Origin: Candidatus Tectimicrobiota bacterium
GTDB taxonomy: Bacteria > JACPUC01
Assembly (NCBI GenBank): GCA_016192455.1
Contig: JACPUC010000003.1
Span: forward strand, 62,001 to 126,000
Reading direction: 5' to 3'
Length of the DNA stretch: 64,000 nt
This document shows, one piece after another, positions 1-10,151 of the stretch; position 1 is the first letter of the stretch; each line of letters opens with the position of its first letter. The position numbers and the translations under genes are program-made. Below the pieces are notes generated by a model. That model saw only the letters and a list, made by a program, of their open reading frames with translations, did not search any database and had not been told where the DNA came from.

Positions 1-297
1 CGCCAAGGGCTGGGAGAGGACGCGCAGCCAGGTGTCATGAATCTTCTCCGGGGGAGTGCCGAGGGCCAGGGCGTAGACATCCCGCGAGGCGCCGACGAGG
101 GCGGTGCCCACCGACATCGAGGTCCCCTTGACGTTCTCGAACAGCAGCCCGAAGCGGCGGTCCTCCGGGAAGCCCTGGTAAATCCAGCGCGCCATGCAGG
201 AGACCTCCCAGCTCGGATCAACCTGCCGCTTCACCCGGCGCAGCTTGCCATTCTCTTCCAGCACCCTCAGGTAGTCGCGCAGATCCTTGTACGCCAT
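1..297 (-). CDS. UbiD-family (prFMN-dependent) decarboxylase, 5' part; gene runs off the window start; paralogue of 438-1919
   Basis: Not in the ORF track. Manual translation MAYKDLRDYLRVLEENGKLRRVKRQVDPSWEVSCMARWIYQGFPEDRRFGLLFENVKG... is nearly identical to the N-terminus of 438-1919. Alternative ATGs at 303 and 306. Confidence 0.9.
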   Translation of the reverse strand, partial: MAYKDLRDYLRVLEENGKLRRVKRQVDPSWEVSCMARWIYQGFPEDRRFGLLFENVKGTSMSVGTALVGASRDVYALALGTPPEKIHDTWLRVLSQPLA

Positions 298-437
298 CGC
301 CATCATCCTCTGCGAGAAGGTGAACCGCGTCGCCGGCTGCTGAGTGCCGCACCCCTGTCCCTCTCCCCTCCGTCCTCCGGTCATGCCACCCCCGTCCCCC
401 ACCCTCGAGGGCAGCGGCGGAGGCGGCGCCGCCAGCC

Positions 438-1919
438 CTAGCCCAGGCCGAGGAAGCGCCCCTTCTCGGAGCGCTCAAGTCGCCGGGCGTGCCAGTCGAG
501 GCTGTGCTCGACGCGCTGCGGGATGTTGAAGGCCGGCAGGTCGGTATCTTGCCAGCTCTCATACGCTTTCCAGAGCAGGTGCTTGGGGGGAAGCGAGAGG
601 TCCGTGTAGGAGTGGCCGATCTTGTGCGTGGCGTCAAGGACCATCTTGCCGCTCCTGCCCGCCGCATCCTGGGAGGGATCGAAGAACATGCAGGCATCCT
701 TGATGATCACTACGTCCGTGGCCGGGTTGATGAGAGAGTTCCAGACCCAGTCGAGATGTTGCTGGTAGCGGACATCGATGCCCGTGTCGACCAGGGTGAC
801 CATCTTGATGTGGCTCATCTCGCAGACCAGGCGGCCGACCTTCTTGGCATGGCCGCCGTAGAGCGGCGTCATCTGCACCACGGCGTGCCCCATGAGGCCC
901 CCATGGGTCTGGTTGATGGCGACGTCGGTCACCGTCTGCTCGCCGAACACATCGATGAGCTGCCAGTGGATGACGCACTCGTTCGCCTGGCCCTGGATCA
1001 TCGTGCTCTCGCTCGGCGGGCACTGGCTGGTGTAGCCGTAGTAAATCGGGTTCCGGCGGTGCGTGATGGCGGTGACCTCGAACCAGATGCGCTCCGCGGC
1101 GTGGCCCATGTAGCCGGCGAACTCGCCGAAGCCGCCCTCGACCATGCGCCCGGTGGGGTGCAGCAGCCCCTCGACGACGATCTCGGCGTGCGCCGGCACC
1201 AGGATATCGACCGTCTTCCCCCGCACCACCTCGATCGGCTCTCCCTTCAGGGCGCCGGCGACGTGCATCTCGTCCATCCCCTTCGGCAGGGCCGCCGAGG
1301 TGGCCAGGTGCACCGCCGGCTCGCAGCCGATGGCCACCGCAACCGGCGCCGCCTCGCCGCGCGCGGCGTAGGACTCGTAGTTCTGGTAACCCTGCCGGCC
1401 GGGGTTCGTGTTCAGGGTGATCTGGTTCTTCGACTGCACCTGGCAGCGGTAGGTGCCGATGTTCTGCACGCCGCTGTCGCGGTCGCGGGTGATGACGCAG
1501 GCGGTGATGCAGGGCGTCACGTCTTTCCCCGGCGTCCAGGTCGGCACCGGCAGGGAGGTGAGGTCCACCTTCTCCTTGGGGATGACCACCTCGTGCGCCG
1601 GGCCGGAATTGACGAGCTTCGGGGGCAGCGGGTTGCGCAAGGCGCGCAGCCAGGTGTCGTGGATCTTCTCCGGCGTGGCGCCCATCGCCAGGGCGTAGAC
1701 ATCCCGCGAGGCGCCGATGAGCGCCGTGCCGACGGACATCGAGCTTCCCTTGACGTTCTCGAACAGCAGCCCGAAGCGGCGGTCCTCCGGGAAGCCCTGG
1801 TAAACCCAGCGCGCCATGCAGGAGAGCTCCCAGCTCGGATCGACCTGCCGCTTCACCCGGCGCAGCTTGCCGTGCGACTCGAGCAGGCCGAGGTAGTCAC
1901 GCAAATCTCGGTAGGCCAT
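438..1919 (-). CDS. UbiD-family decarboxylase
   Basis: DLRDYL start, LLFENVKG, NIGTYR, VPAHAEIVVEG, EGGFGEFAGY catalytic loop, KMVLDAT near the C-terminus. Confidence 0.9.
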   Translation of the reverse strand: MAYRDLRDYLGLLESHGKLRRVKRQVDPSWELSCMARWVYQGFPEDRRFGLLFENVKGSSMSVGTALIGASRDVYALAMGATPEKIHDTWLRALRNPLPPKLVNSGPAHEVVIPKEKVDLTSLPVPTWTPGKDVTPCITACVITRDRDSGVQNIGTYRCQVQSKNQITLNTNPGRQGYQNYESYAARGEAAPVAVAIGCEPAVHLATSAALPKGMDEMHVAGALKGEPIEVVRGKTVDILVPAHAEIVVEGLLHPTGRMVEGGFGEFAGYMGHAAERIWFEVTAITHRRNPIYYGYTSQCPPSESTMIQGQANECVIHWQLIDVFGEQTVTDVAINQTHGGLMGHAVVQMTPLYGGHAKKVGRLVCEMSHIKMVTLVDTGIDVRYQQHLDWVWNSLINPATDVVIIKDACMFFDPSQDAAGRSGKMVLDATHKIGHSYTDLSLPPKHLLWKAYESWQDTDLPAFNIPQRVEHSLDWHARRLERSEKGRFLGLG

Positions 1920-2246
1920 GGCTCATCACCTCATGGAGTGGGTTCATCGAGCTGGTGCGTCCCTGTGACCGTGTACCACTTACCAAGTTCGGCGCCTCGG
2001 GTCAAGGTCAGCCGCGGCGGCCGGCGGCGCCCGCAACGCCTCTCAGCCGCTCTCTCCGCGAGCCGCCAACCCCGCTTGCCGAAGCGCCGACCCTCTGCTA
2101 GAGTCCCTCGATACCCTCTCCCGGCATGCGGCGGCAGGGGCGCGCGCGCCCGCCGGCGCTCAGGCGGTGACGCGGCGCGAGGCTGGCTCGAACGCCGGGC
2201 GGCAGAGGGATCAACGAACCTCGAGCAGGAGACGCGGGGGGAAAGT

Positions 2247-3329
2247 ATGAGCGCCCTCGACTACCCGATCATCGATTCAGATGGGCACGCCGTTGAATCG
2301 AACGCCCTCTTCGATATCTACCTCGACAAGGAGTTTCGGCACGTTGCGCCGCGCATGGTGCCCGATCCCGGCGGCGCCAACCGCATGTTCTTCGAAGGGC
2401 GCTACTGGCCTCCTTTCCCGGAAGGCGAAGGCTCGTCGCAGTTCCACGAGGAGGTGCCGGAACACCGCATCGAAGCGCTCGACGCCCTCGGCATCCAGGC
2501 GCAGGTGCTCTTCCCCTCGCGCGCCACGATCTTCCCCATCGCCCCCCACGCCAGGCTGGCGGAGGCGCTCTGCCGTTGCTACAACGACTGGCTCGGCGAC
2601 TTCTGCGGCCACAACCCGCAGCGCCTCTTTGGCATCGGCATCGTCTCCCTGCGGAACGTCGACGGCGCCGTGCGCGAGGCGCAGCGCTGCATCACCCAGC
2701 TCGGCATGAAAGGCATCGTCATCCGCCCCAACCCCGTCTGCGGGCGCAACCTCGACAACCTCGACTACGATGACTTTTACGCCGCCATGAGCGACCTCGA
2801 CGTCCCTCTCTGCGTGCACGAGACCACCGGCGTGGACGCCACCGCCGGGGGCGAGCGCTACGACATCCGCCGCCACGACCGCTACGCCTTCAACCACATG
2901 ATCTCGCACCCCTTCGAGCAGATGATCGCCTCCATGAGCCTGTTGGCCGGCGGCGTCCTCGACCGCTTCCCGAAGCTGCGCGTCGGCTTCTTCGAGGCCG
3001 GCATCGGCTGGCTGCCGTACTGGCTGGGACGCCTCGACGAGCATTACGAGCACAAGGTCCTCGGCAAGCAGTGGAGCCTCCTCACCATGAAGCCGAGCGA
3101 CTACTTCCGCCGCCAGTGCGCCATCACCTTCGATCCCGACGAGGCGACCGCCCCCTTTGCCATCCAGTTCGTGGGCAGCGAGCGCGTCCTCTTCGCCAGC
3201 GACTTCCCGCACTTCGACGCCAGCGCCGACGCTGTGCGCGAGCTGTTCGAGGGCGGCGCCCTCGACGACGCCGCCAAGCGCCGCATCCTCTGCGACAACC
3301 CGCGCGGCTTCTATAAGCTGACGGTGTGA
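2247..3329 (+). CDS. Amidohydrolase_2 family metal-dependent hydrolase or decarboxylase
   Basis: IIDSDGH metal motif, YNDWL, PLCVHE, FEAGIGW, LFASDFPHFD, ILCDNPRGFY; true start lies inside the long 489..3329 ORF. Confidence 0.88.
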   Translation: MSALDYPIIDSDGHAVESNALFDIYLDKEFRHVAPRMVPDPGGANRMFFEGRYWPPFPEGEGSSQFHEEVPEHRIEALDALGIQAQVLFPSRATIFPIAPHARLAEALCRCYNDWLGDFCGHNPQRLFGIGIVSLRNVDGAVREAQRCITQLGMKGIVIRPNPVCGRNLDNLDYDDFYAAMSDLDVPLCVHETTGVDATAGGERYDIRRHDRYAFNHMISHPFEQMIASMSLLAGGVLDRFPKLRVGFFEAGIGWLPYWLGRLDEHYEHKVLGKQWSLLTMKPSDYFRRQCAITFDPDEATAPFAIQFVGSERVLFASDFPHFDASADAVRELFEGGALDDAAKRRILCDNPRGFYKLTV

Positions 3330-3387
3330 CCCGCGGCGTCTCCGCGGCCCCTCCCCGCGGCAGCCCGCGGCCCGCGCCCGCGGCGCC

Positions 3388-3667
3388 CTAGTATCGTGTC
3401 CCCTACGTTCCATCACCTAATCCTGAGAGGGGACCTTCTCCCCAACCGCGCCCGCGGGGGCTGATCGTAGGGGCGGGGCTTGCCCCGCCCGCAACCTCAG
3501 TCTAGGAAGGAACCGTGTCTCCTCGCGCGCCCCGGCTTGGAGGGGCGGTTCGCGAACCGCCCCTACGGGATGGGAGTGTGGGGGAGCATGGGTTCCTCAC
3601 AAGCCCCTTGCCAATGCAGCGAACAGCGCCGCAACGATGTGAGCGAACTTCTGAGACGCAACACTAG
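3388..3667 (+). mobile_element. Non-autonomous ~280 bp MITE-like element, copy A
   Basis: CTAG-tatcgtgtccc...gagacgcaaca-CTAG; imperfect terminal inverted repeats; internal REP-like hairpins; 5 substitutions versus the copy at 10558. Confidence 0.85.
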
Positions 3668-4281
3668 CGCAGCGGCGAGCAGGCCGCCGGCAGGCAGATT
3701 TTCACCTCTTGGCTGAGCATGAAGTCGCGCGTCTTCGGCGGCCAGTAGTCCTGCTTGCTGGCCTCGGCGCGCAGCTTGGCGCGCGCGTTGAGGTCGGGGT
3801 ACGCCCAGATGTGGATGAACTGGTTCAGGGCGCCGAACTCGCTGGTGAAGGCGGCGACAAGGGGAGAGATGGTGACCCGCTTCGGCATCACCTCGCCGAA
3901 ACGCTTCAGCACCTCCGGCAGCGTCCCCGGCCGGTAGGTGTAGGTGCGCACCTCGAAGACGCCTCCCGTCTCCTGGGGTTGCGGCTCGGGAGAGAACGGC
4001 GCGGGCTTGGCGATCATCGTGTGCTGCCGCAGGATGGTGTTCGGCGGGAACTTCGGCGGCCACTCCTGCGTCTGCCGGGATGCCAGGCGCACCTCGTCAC
4101 GCTGCTGCAGGCTTTCGTAGGGCCAGATATGAATGACTTGGTTGAGCGGCCCGATCTCGGTATGCCAGAGGGCCAGCAGCGGGGAGTAGACCGTCCGCTT
4201 CGGCAGGACCGCGGCGAAGCTGCGCTCGAACTCGGGCACCATGCCGGCGCTCAGGTCGTAGGTGCGTATCTCGTAGATCAT
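3664..4281 (-). CDS. NIPSNAP family protein (two tandem domains)
   Basis: IYEIRTY...EIGPLNQVIHIWPYESL and VFEVRTY...EFGALNQFIHIWAY; AAGGAGG RBS. Confidence 0.9.
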   Translation of the reverse strand: MIYEIRTYDLSAGMVPEFERSFAAVLPKRTVYSPLLALWHTEIGPLNQVIHIWPYESLQQRDEVRLASRQTQEWPPKFPPNTILRQHTMIAKPAPFSPEPQPQETGGVFEVRTYTYRPGTLPEVLKRFGEVMPKRVTISPLVAAFTSEFGALNQFIHIWAYPDLNARAKLRAEASKQDYWPPKTRDFMLSQEVKICLPAACSPLR

Positions 4282-4303
4282 GGCAATCCTCCTTGCTGCC
4301 CTG

Positions 4304-6202
4304 CTAGCGGGCCTGCTCCGCCGCCGGGGCTGGTTCCCCTGCCGCAATCTGGGACGAACGAAGCGCCTCGCGGCCGGAAAGCTCGTGGAACTCCTCCTGG
4401 AGCCGCCGCAGCCAGGAGGCGTGGTCGGGGAAGGCGCGGAGCAGGGCCTGCGTCTCCGCGTAGAGCGGCTCCAGGTCCGTGTCGCCCCGCGCGCGCTTCT
4501 CGCGCAGCAGCACGCAGCGCGCATCCGGGTCGTTCCAGAAGACCTCGACGAGGTTGGCGATGCGCGCGATGCGCTCGTCGCGGCGTCCCAGCTTGCCGAG
4601 GACGGCGGCCAGCTTGCGCAGCACCGGCGGCACGCCGGGGCGCACCCGCAGCGAGCGCTGCCAGCCGACGGCCGCCTTGATGCGCTCTCCCTGCCGATCC
4701 CAGAGATCACCGAGGCGATCCCAGGCCGCCGCGCCGAGGATGGCGCCGCACTCCTCCAGCCGCCGCGCTGCGTCCCGCAGGTGCTCGTAGTGCGCCTGCT
4801 GCCAGGCGACCTTGAAGAGGAGGGCGTGGAAGGGATCGCGCTCGTCGACGATGGCAAGTCCGTCGAGCATCTCCTCCCGGAGCGCGCTCCCCTCCAGGAT
4901 CAGCAGGCAGTTGAAGAGGGCCTTCTCGGCATCCTCGGCGGCGTTGAGGAGGGCGAAGAGCTGCCCGAGGTTGAAGTAGCCCAGGGCGTAGTCCGGCAGC
5001 GCCTCGACCGCCGCCAGGGCATCCCGGACCGCCTGCGCCAGGAGCTGCTGCTCGATCTCCGGCTGGTTGTCGACCAGCGAGGCGAGGCAGGCGTGCAGCA
5101 CGGCCCGCGCATTCCAGGCGCGCGCCTCGCCCGGCGCCAGCTCCAGCGCCCGGCTAAGGAGTTGCCGCGCCAACTCGCAGGGCGCCACGCCCCAGGTCCT
5201 CCCCATGCGCTGGTAGACATGGTTGAACGCCTGCACCCCTTGCCAGTAGAGCTGCTGCGGCTCCGCGAGGCGTGTGGCGAAGCGCCGCGCGCCGCGCCCC
5301 CGGCCGGCGGCGCGCCCGCGCACCCCCTCGAGCAGGGCCTGGAGCGGCACGCGCGGCGGCCTCGCCAGAACGTTCGCCCGCCCCGCCGCCGCGATGCGCC
5401 GGCGCTCCTCCTCGTGGCTGAGGTAGTACTCCAGCCGCGCCTCGAAGTTCTCCTCGTTGTAAAGGACGCAGTCGACGCCGTCCGTGAAGCGCTCGCCGAT
5501 CTCCAGGTTGTCGGCTTCCATGAACAGGAGCGCCTCGCTGAGGGCGATCTCGTAGACGCGGAAGTTGAGGTCGCTCTGCAGCGACTGGTTGAAGGCGATC
5601 CTGCTGCGTCCGAGGGCGCGGTAGTAGGCGGGCGGGTCGAGCTGCTCGAAGAGCCCCACCCGCCACCTGCCGGAGAGCCGCGCGATGCGCCGCAGGTAGG
5701 CATCGCGCCGCGGGTAGACCGGCCCGTAGGCGCCGGCGAAGAAGATGTCGTAGTCCTTCTCCGGCGAGGGCCGCGCCTCGTTGAGCGGGTAGCGCGAGCT
5801 GTACACCTCCCAGGGCTCGACGTTGGGGTAGCCGAGGTCGCGCAGGAGCTGCGTGCACTTCGCACCCGCCACGATGGCGTCGAAGCGCCGCAGGTTTTCG
5901 CGCAGGCTCGTGAAGGCGCGGTTCCAATCGCAGACGATGGCCAGGGTGAAGCAGGGGCACTCATCGAGGCCGGGAGGGAAGGTGTGGTGCTCCGCCCAGA
6001 AGAAGATCAGCACATCCGGCCGCCAGGCGCCGAGCTGCCGCGCCATGGCCTCGGTGATCGTCTCGCGGTGCGGCTCATAGACGAGGTCGGCCGGCGGCGT
6101 GAGCTGCCCGGCCTCGTGGAACAGCTTGATGCTGATGTCCGCCGCAAGGCCCTGGAACATCAGGTGCGTGGGCCGGTTGAAAGGGCCGAAGAGCACCTTC
6201 AT
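4304..6202 (-). CDS. Glycosyltransferase (CgeB/Glyco_trans_1_2-like) with C-terminal TPR repeats
   Basis: YDIFFAG, SRIAFNQS..DLNFRVYEIA, F.DG.DCVLY, ERRRIAAAG; TPR-like repeats (PDYALGYFNLG). Confidence 0.75.
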   Translation of the reverse strand: MKVLFGPFNRPTHLMFQGLAADISIKLFHEAGQLTPPADLVYEPHRETITEAMARQLGAWRPDVLIFFWAEHHTFPPGLDECPCFTLAIVCDWNRAFTSLRENLRRFDAIVAGAKCTQLLRDLGYPNVEPWEVYSSRYPLNEARPSPEKDYDIFFAGAYGPVYPRRDAYLRRIARLSGRWRVGLFEQLDPPAYYRALGRSRIAFNQSLQSDLNFRVYEIALSEALLFMEADNLEIGERFTDGVDCVLYNEENFEARLEYYLSHEEERRRIAAAGRANVLARPPRVPLQALLEGVRGRAAGRGRGARRFATRLAEPQQLYWQGVQAFNHVYQRMGRTWGVAPCELARQLLSRALELAPGEARAWNARAVLHACLASLVDNQPEIEQQLLAQAVRDALAAVEALPDYALGYFNLGQLFALLNAAEDAEKALFNCLLILEGSALREEMLDGLAIVDERDPFHALLFKVAWQQAHYEHLRDAARRLEECGAILGAAAWDRLGDLWDRQGERIKAAVGWQRSLRVRPGVPPVLRKLAAVLGKLGRRDERIARIANLVEVFWNDPDARCVLLREKRARGDTDLEPLYAETQALLRAFPDHASWLRRLQEEFHELSGREALRSSQIAAGEPAPAAEQAR

Positions 6203-6522
6203 GGGATCATGGCCTCGCAGGCTCGCATCGCCGCGGCGCCCCCTTGGTCGAGAGCCGCGGGTCGCGGCGGACGGTGAGGGATCGGGGCGCGGCGGAGCTG
6301 GCAGCGTAGCCAAGGGCGCGGCGACCCCCGCGGCCCTCGCCGCGGCAGCCTTGCCGCCCCCAAGGCTGCGCCCCGCTCTCCCCTTCCTGTCGCGCCAGGA
6401 CTGGCGTATGCTGAGAGCTCGCGCAGCCCGACCCGCGTCGGCAATCTCCGGGGAGACGACCGGCGCCGGCGCTCGAACCCCGGCGTGCAGGGCAGCTTGA
6501 ACTGAGCTGAGTGGAGATGTCC

Positions 6523-7377
6523 ATGAAACGCGGCAATCGACCCGGCAGAGGGGCGGGAACCCACGTCCTCCTCGGCGTGATCCTGCTCGGCGGTCTTCTT
6601 CTCTCAGCGCGGCAGGGCGGCGCGGCTCCCCGGGCCCCGCTCCTCAACATCTTCCCCCAGCCGCTGGTGCTCAGCGAGGCGGTGCGCGTCGGCCAGTTCG
6701 TGCGCTACCGGCAGAGCGGCGGACCGGAGCTGTTCACCTGGGAGCTTGCCGCGGTCGGCAAGGAGACCGTCGACAGCAAGGAGCAGGTGTGGCTGGAACT
6801 CCACTTCCAATACCCCAACCGCCTGCAAGGGCGCGAGATGACGATGAAGTCGCTCTACGAGGTGGAGAGCCTGCGGACGAGCCCCTGGGGTGTGCCGGCG
6901 CGCCCGAGCCAGCTCATCATGCTGCCGCCGGGGTTCACCGCGGCGCTCGCCCTGCCGCCCGGCTCCATCAGCAGCATGGTGCAGCAGATGACGGCCGCCG
7001 ACGGCGCGCCGAAGCTCGATCTGCGGGGCTACTTCGCCAGGCGCGCTGATCTCCCCGAGGAAGAACTGCGCCTGCCCGCGGGGACGTTCCGGACCCGCGT
7101 CTGGCGCGCCGTCATCGAAGGCGTGAGCGTGGCCGCCTACTTCACGCCGGAGGTGCCGCTCTCCCACCTTGCCCTGGTGACCATGCAGAGGAAGGGGACG
7201 CCCGAACCAGTGCGCGTCGAGCTCCTGGCGATGGGGGAGAGCGCCGCGACGCGCATCACCGTGCCGGTGGTCGACCGCATGCTCAGTCCGGCGCAGCACC
7301 CGGCGGCCGCGCCTGGCGCCGCGCCGTCCCCGGCGGCTCCCCGGCCCGCGGACCGCCCGGCGGGCGCCGGCAGGTGA
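6523..7377 (+). CDS. Hypothetical exported protein
   Basis: Basic plus hydrophobic N-terminus, LPAGTF motif, Ala/Pro tail, coding-like GC3. Confidence 0.6.
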   Translation: MKRGNRPGRGAGTHVLLGVILLGGLLLSARQGGAAPRAPLLNIFPQPLVLSEAVRVGQFVRYRQSGGPELFTWELAAVGKETVDSKEQVWLELHFQYPNRLQGREMTMKSLYEVESLRTSPWGVPARPSQLIMLPPGFTAALALPPGSISSMVQQMTAADGAPKLDLRGYFARRADLPEEELRLPAGTFRTRVWRAVIEGVSVAAYFTPEVPLSHLALVTMQRKGTPEPVRVELLAMGESAATRITVPVVDRMLSPAQHPAAAPGAAPSPAAPRPADRPAGAGR

Positions 7378-7402
7378 GGAGCGGCGGACGCGTCGCGGCC
7401 CG

Positions 7403-8197
7403 TCAGGAACGCGCCCGCGCGGCGGCCTCGTGGTGCGGTTCGTTGCGCTCGATGATGTCCAGGATGCGCTCCTCGAACTCGACCAGCTCGGCGCGGCTGG
7501 CGCGCGTGGGGCACTGCACGTCGTAGAGCACCCGGCTCGGCTTGCCGAGGACGATCAGGCGGGAACCGATCTCGAGGGCCTCGTGGATGTTGTGCGTGAT
7601 GAGCAGGCAGGTCTTCTTCGTCTCGCCGATGAGGGTCAGGAAGACCTCCCGCAGGCGCTGCGCGGTGGACTGGTCGAGGTGCCCGAAGGCCTCGTCGGCG
7701 AAGAAGACGTCGGGCGACAAGCAGAAGGCGCGCGCGATCCCCACGCGCTGGCGCATGCCGCCGGAGAGCTCGTGCGGGTAGGCGTCCTCGAAGCCCATGA
7801 GCTCGAGCTTGTGCAGCCAGTGCCTGGCGATCTCACCTTGCTCCGCCTCGGAGTAGCCGAGGATCTCGAGCCCCACCTTGGCGTTCGCGAACGCTGTCCG
7901 CCACGGCAGCAGGCGGTCGGTCTGGAAGATCACCCCGAACTTGGCGCGAAAGAAGTCGAAATCCTGGTACGGGTCTCTGCCGAGAACGGTAATGGAACCC
8001 GCGGTCGGGTTTTCCAGCCCGAGGAGCAGGTTGAACATCGTCGACTTGCCGCAGCCGGTTTTGCCGACGATGGAGACGATCTCGCCCTCCCGCACCTCGA
8101 GCGTCAGGTCATCCACCGCCACGAAACGACTGCCGTCCACGCTGGTGAAGACGTGGCGCACATGCTCCATCTGAACCACGGGCGCGGAGGGGATCAT
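7403..8197 (-). CDS. NitT/TauT-type ABC transporter ATP-binding protein
   Basis: Walker A GKTGCGKS, signature LSGGMRQR, Walker B FADEAF, ITH. Confidence 0.92.
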   Translation of the reverse strand: MIPSAPVVQMEHVRHVFTSVDGSRFVAVDDLTLEVREGEIVSIVGKTGCGKSTMFNLLLGLENPTAGSITVLGRDPYQDFDFFRAKFGVIFQTDRLLPWRTAFANAKVGLEILGYSEAEQGEIARHWLHKLELMGFEDAYPHELSGGMRQRVGIARAFCLSPDVFFADEAFGHLDQSTAQRLREVFLTLIGETKKTCLLITHNIHEALEIGSRLIVLGKPSRVLYDVQCPTRASRAELVEFEERILDIIERNEPHHEAAARARS

Positions 8198-9030
8198 TGG
8201 ATACCCCCTTCCTTCGACGGCCGCCAGCGCAGCAAGTGCCGTTCGAGGAGGAGCAGGAGGTACTGCGTGAGGAGCAGGAAGATCACCAGGATGAGCGTCC
8301 AGGCAACGGCTTTCGGCATGTCGAAGAGCTCCTGGGCCAGCAGGAGCTTGTTGCCGATGCCGACCGTGGCGCCGACCAGCTCCGCCACGATGACGACGCG
8401 CGTGGCCAGCCCGATGTTCACCTTCCAGGAGGTCAGCACCGCCGGCAGCATGCCAGGCAGAACGAGCTTGCTGAAGAGCTGCCGGCGCGTCGGCCGCATG
8501 GCGCGCAGCATATCGTAGTAATCGCGCGAGATGCCCTTGATGCCGTCATGGATGATCAGGCTGTAGTTCGGCAGGCAGCCAGCCAGGAGGATGAAGGCGA
8601 CGCGGAGTTCGACCGGCTTGAACCAAATGATGGCGAAGATGACCCAGGAGAGCGCCGGCACCCCCATGATGAAGTGCAGGACCGGCAGGATGTACTTCTC
8701 CAGGGTGTTCGAGAACCCCATCAGCACGCCGACGATGATGCCGGCAAGGAAGGAGAGGCCGAGCCCGATGAAGATGCGCATGATCGTGCGCAGGGTATCG
8801 ACCATCAGCGTCGAGCTGCTGACGATCTCCACGAACGAGACGATGATGGTCGCGAAACTCGGCACGAGGTAGCGCGGCAGGAAGAGGGAGAGAATCTGCC
8901 ACATCACGAGGATGATGAGGACGGAGATGACCGGTTCCTTGCGGGAGGCGAGGGCGCCCCACCCGCGAGTCACGGCTCCGGCATCTTCGCTCACCGCGGC
9001 GATCTCGGCCTCAAGGGCTTTCGTACGCAT
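8194..9030 (-). CDS. NitT/TauT-type ABC transporter permease
   Basis: Multiple TM segments, VIVAELVG.TVGIG motif; ATGA overlap with the ATPase. Confidence 0.9.
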   Translation of the reverse strand: MRTKALEAEIAAVSEDAGAVTRGWGALASRKEPVISVLIILVMWQILSLFLPRYLVPSFATIIVSFVEIVSSSTLMVDTLRTIMRIFIGLGLSFLAGIIVGVLMGFSNTLEKYILPVLHFIMGVPALSWVIFAIIWFKPVELRVAFILLAGCLPNYSLIIHDGIKGISRDYYDMLRAMRPTRRQLFSKLVLPGMLPAVLTSWKVNIGLATRVVIVAELVGATVGIGNKLLLAQELFDMPKAVAWTLILVIFLLLTQYLLLLLERHLLRWRPSKEGGIQ

Positions 9031-9179
9031 GCGCCATCACCCCTCCCGCCACGTCGCCCCCGTCGGCCCCCTCGTCCAGCGCAGCTCACTCCTGGACGAC
9101 CGCGCACCCCTCGCCGCTTCGGGAGGGGAGCCTCGCGAGCCCTCCCCGCGGCGTCCCCCCTCCTCGCCGCCGCCGGGCG

Positions 9180-10151
9180 CTACTCCTTCAGGCCGGTGTA
9201 GATGATGCCGTCGTCAGGCATCTCTTTCATGTAGCCGATTTCCAGGCCGGCCTTGAAGACGTCCTTGATCTGCTCCGCAATGGCTCCGGCGGACACCACG
9301 TCGTAGGCCAGGCGCTTCGCGCCCAGCGCCGCCTTGATGGCCGCGGGTGCGATCCCCGTCGCTCCGCTGACGATCGCGGCCGCCTCGTTATGGTGGCTCG
9401 GCACCCACCCCTCGAGGTCCTTGAAGGCGCGGTAGACCTTCTGAATGATCTCCCGGTTGCCGGCAACGAAGTCTTCATGCGCCGCCACCCCGAGGTAGCC
9501 GCGCATCGGCCGCTTGTTGTAGCGCAGCCAGTCATCCACGTACTCGATGTTACGGAAGCGCCCCGGATTCTTGTCCAGGATGTGCGAGAGATTCGGCTCC
9601 CAGACTTGCGAGGCGTCCACGCGCTTGGCCAGCAACAGCGTCCCCAGCCCAGGAGCGTTCGAGGACTGGATGCGCACCTTGTTGAGATCAACTCCCGCCT
9701 TCAAGACGAAGTAGCGGAACATCGCGTAGTTCGTCGTCACCGTGTCGGCGGCGATGGTCTTCCCCTCCAGGTCCTTGAGGGTTTTGAGGTTGGGGTCCTC
9801 CGTCAGGAGGGCGCCGTGGAGCGGCACGACGTTGAAGAGCCACACCGACTTCACGCCCTTCAGGCGGCGGTTCGCCTCGGCAAGGAGCGACGAGGAGAAG
9901 GTGATCTTGTCGCGGCCGGCGGCGAAGTCCATGTTCGCCGCCCGGCTCTGTTTGAAGAGCCATTTGATCTTCACGCCGTTCTTCTCATCGAACTTGTTGG
10001 CCGAGAGCATGCTTGCGGTGGAGTGGCCGAAGGAGGGTTTATCGAAGGAGCTGATCTCGACCTCCGGCATCTGGGCCAGGGCGGTGGGCGCCAGGAGCGC
10101 CGCGATGCTGACGAGAAGTGTAAGTATATTCACAACGCGCTTCATGAGCAT
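9180..10151 (-). CDS. NMT1/SsuA-like ABC substrate-binding protein
   Basis: Signal peptide ending ALA-Q, LKDLEGKTIA, RVDA..VWEP; upstream of permease and ATPase. Confidence 0.85.
   Translation of the reverse strand: MLMKRVVNILTLLVSIAALLAPTALAQMPEVEISSFDKPSFGHSTASMLSANKFDEKNGVKIKWLFKQSRAANMDFAAGRDKITFSSSLLAEANRRLKGVKSVWLFNVVPLHGALLTEDPNLKTLKDLEGKTIAADTVTTNYAMFRYFVLKAGVDLNKVRIQSSNAPGLGTLLLAKRVDASQVWEPNLSHILDKNPGRFRNIEYVDDWLRYNKRPMRGYLGVAAHEDFVAGNREIIQKVYRAFKDLEGWVPSHHNEAAAIVSGATGIAPAAIKAALGAKRLAYDVVSAGAIAEQIKDVFKAGLEIGYMKEMPDDGIIYTGLKE

Noticed and set aside
489-2246. 946-aa ORF as a single fusion protein
   Set aside because: The first 586 codons are antisense to UbiD or intergenic; the real gene starts at 2247.
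3388-3667. TPP riboswitch (CTGAGA...CTGATC...GTAGGG) or CRISPR array in the repeated element
   Set aside because: The P5 arm and ACCUG junction are missing, copies sit at gene 3' ends, and there is no repeat-spacer periodicity or cas gene.
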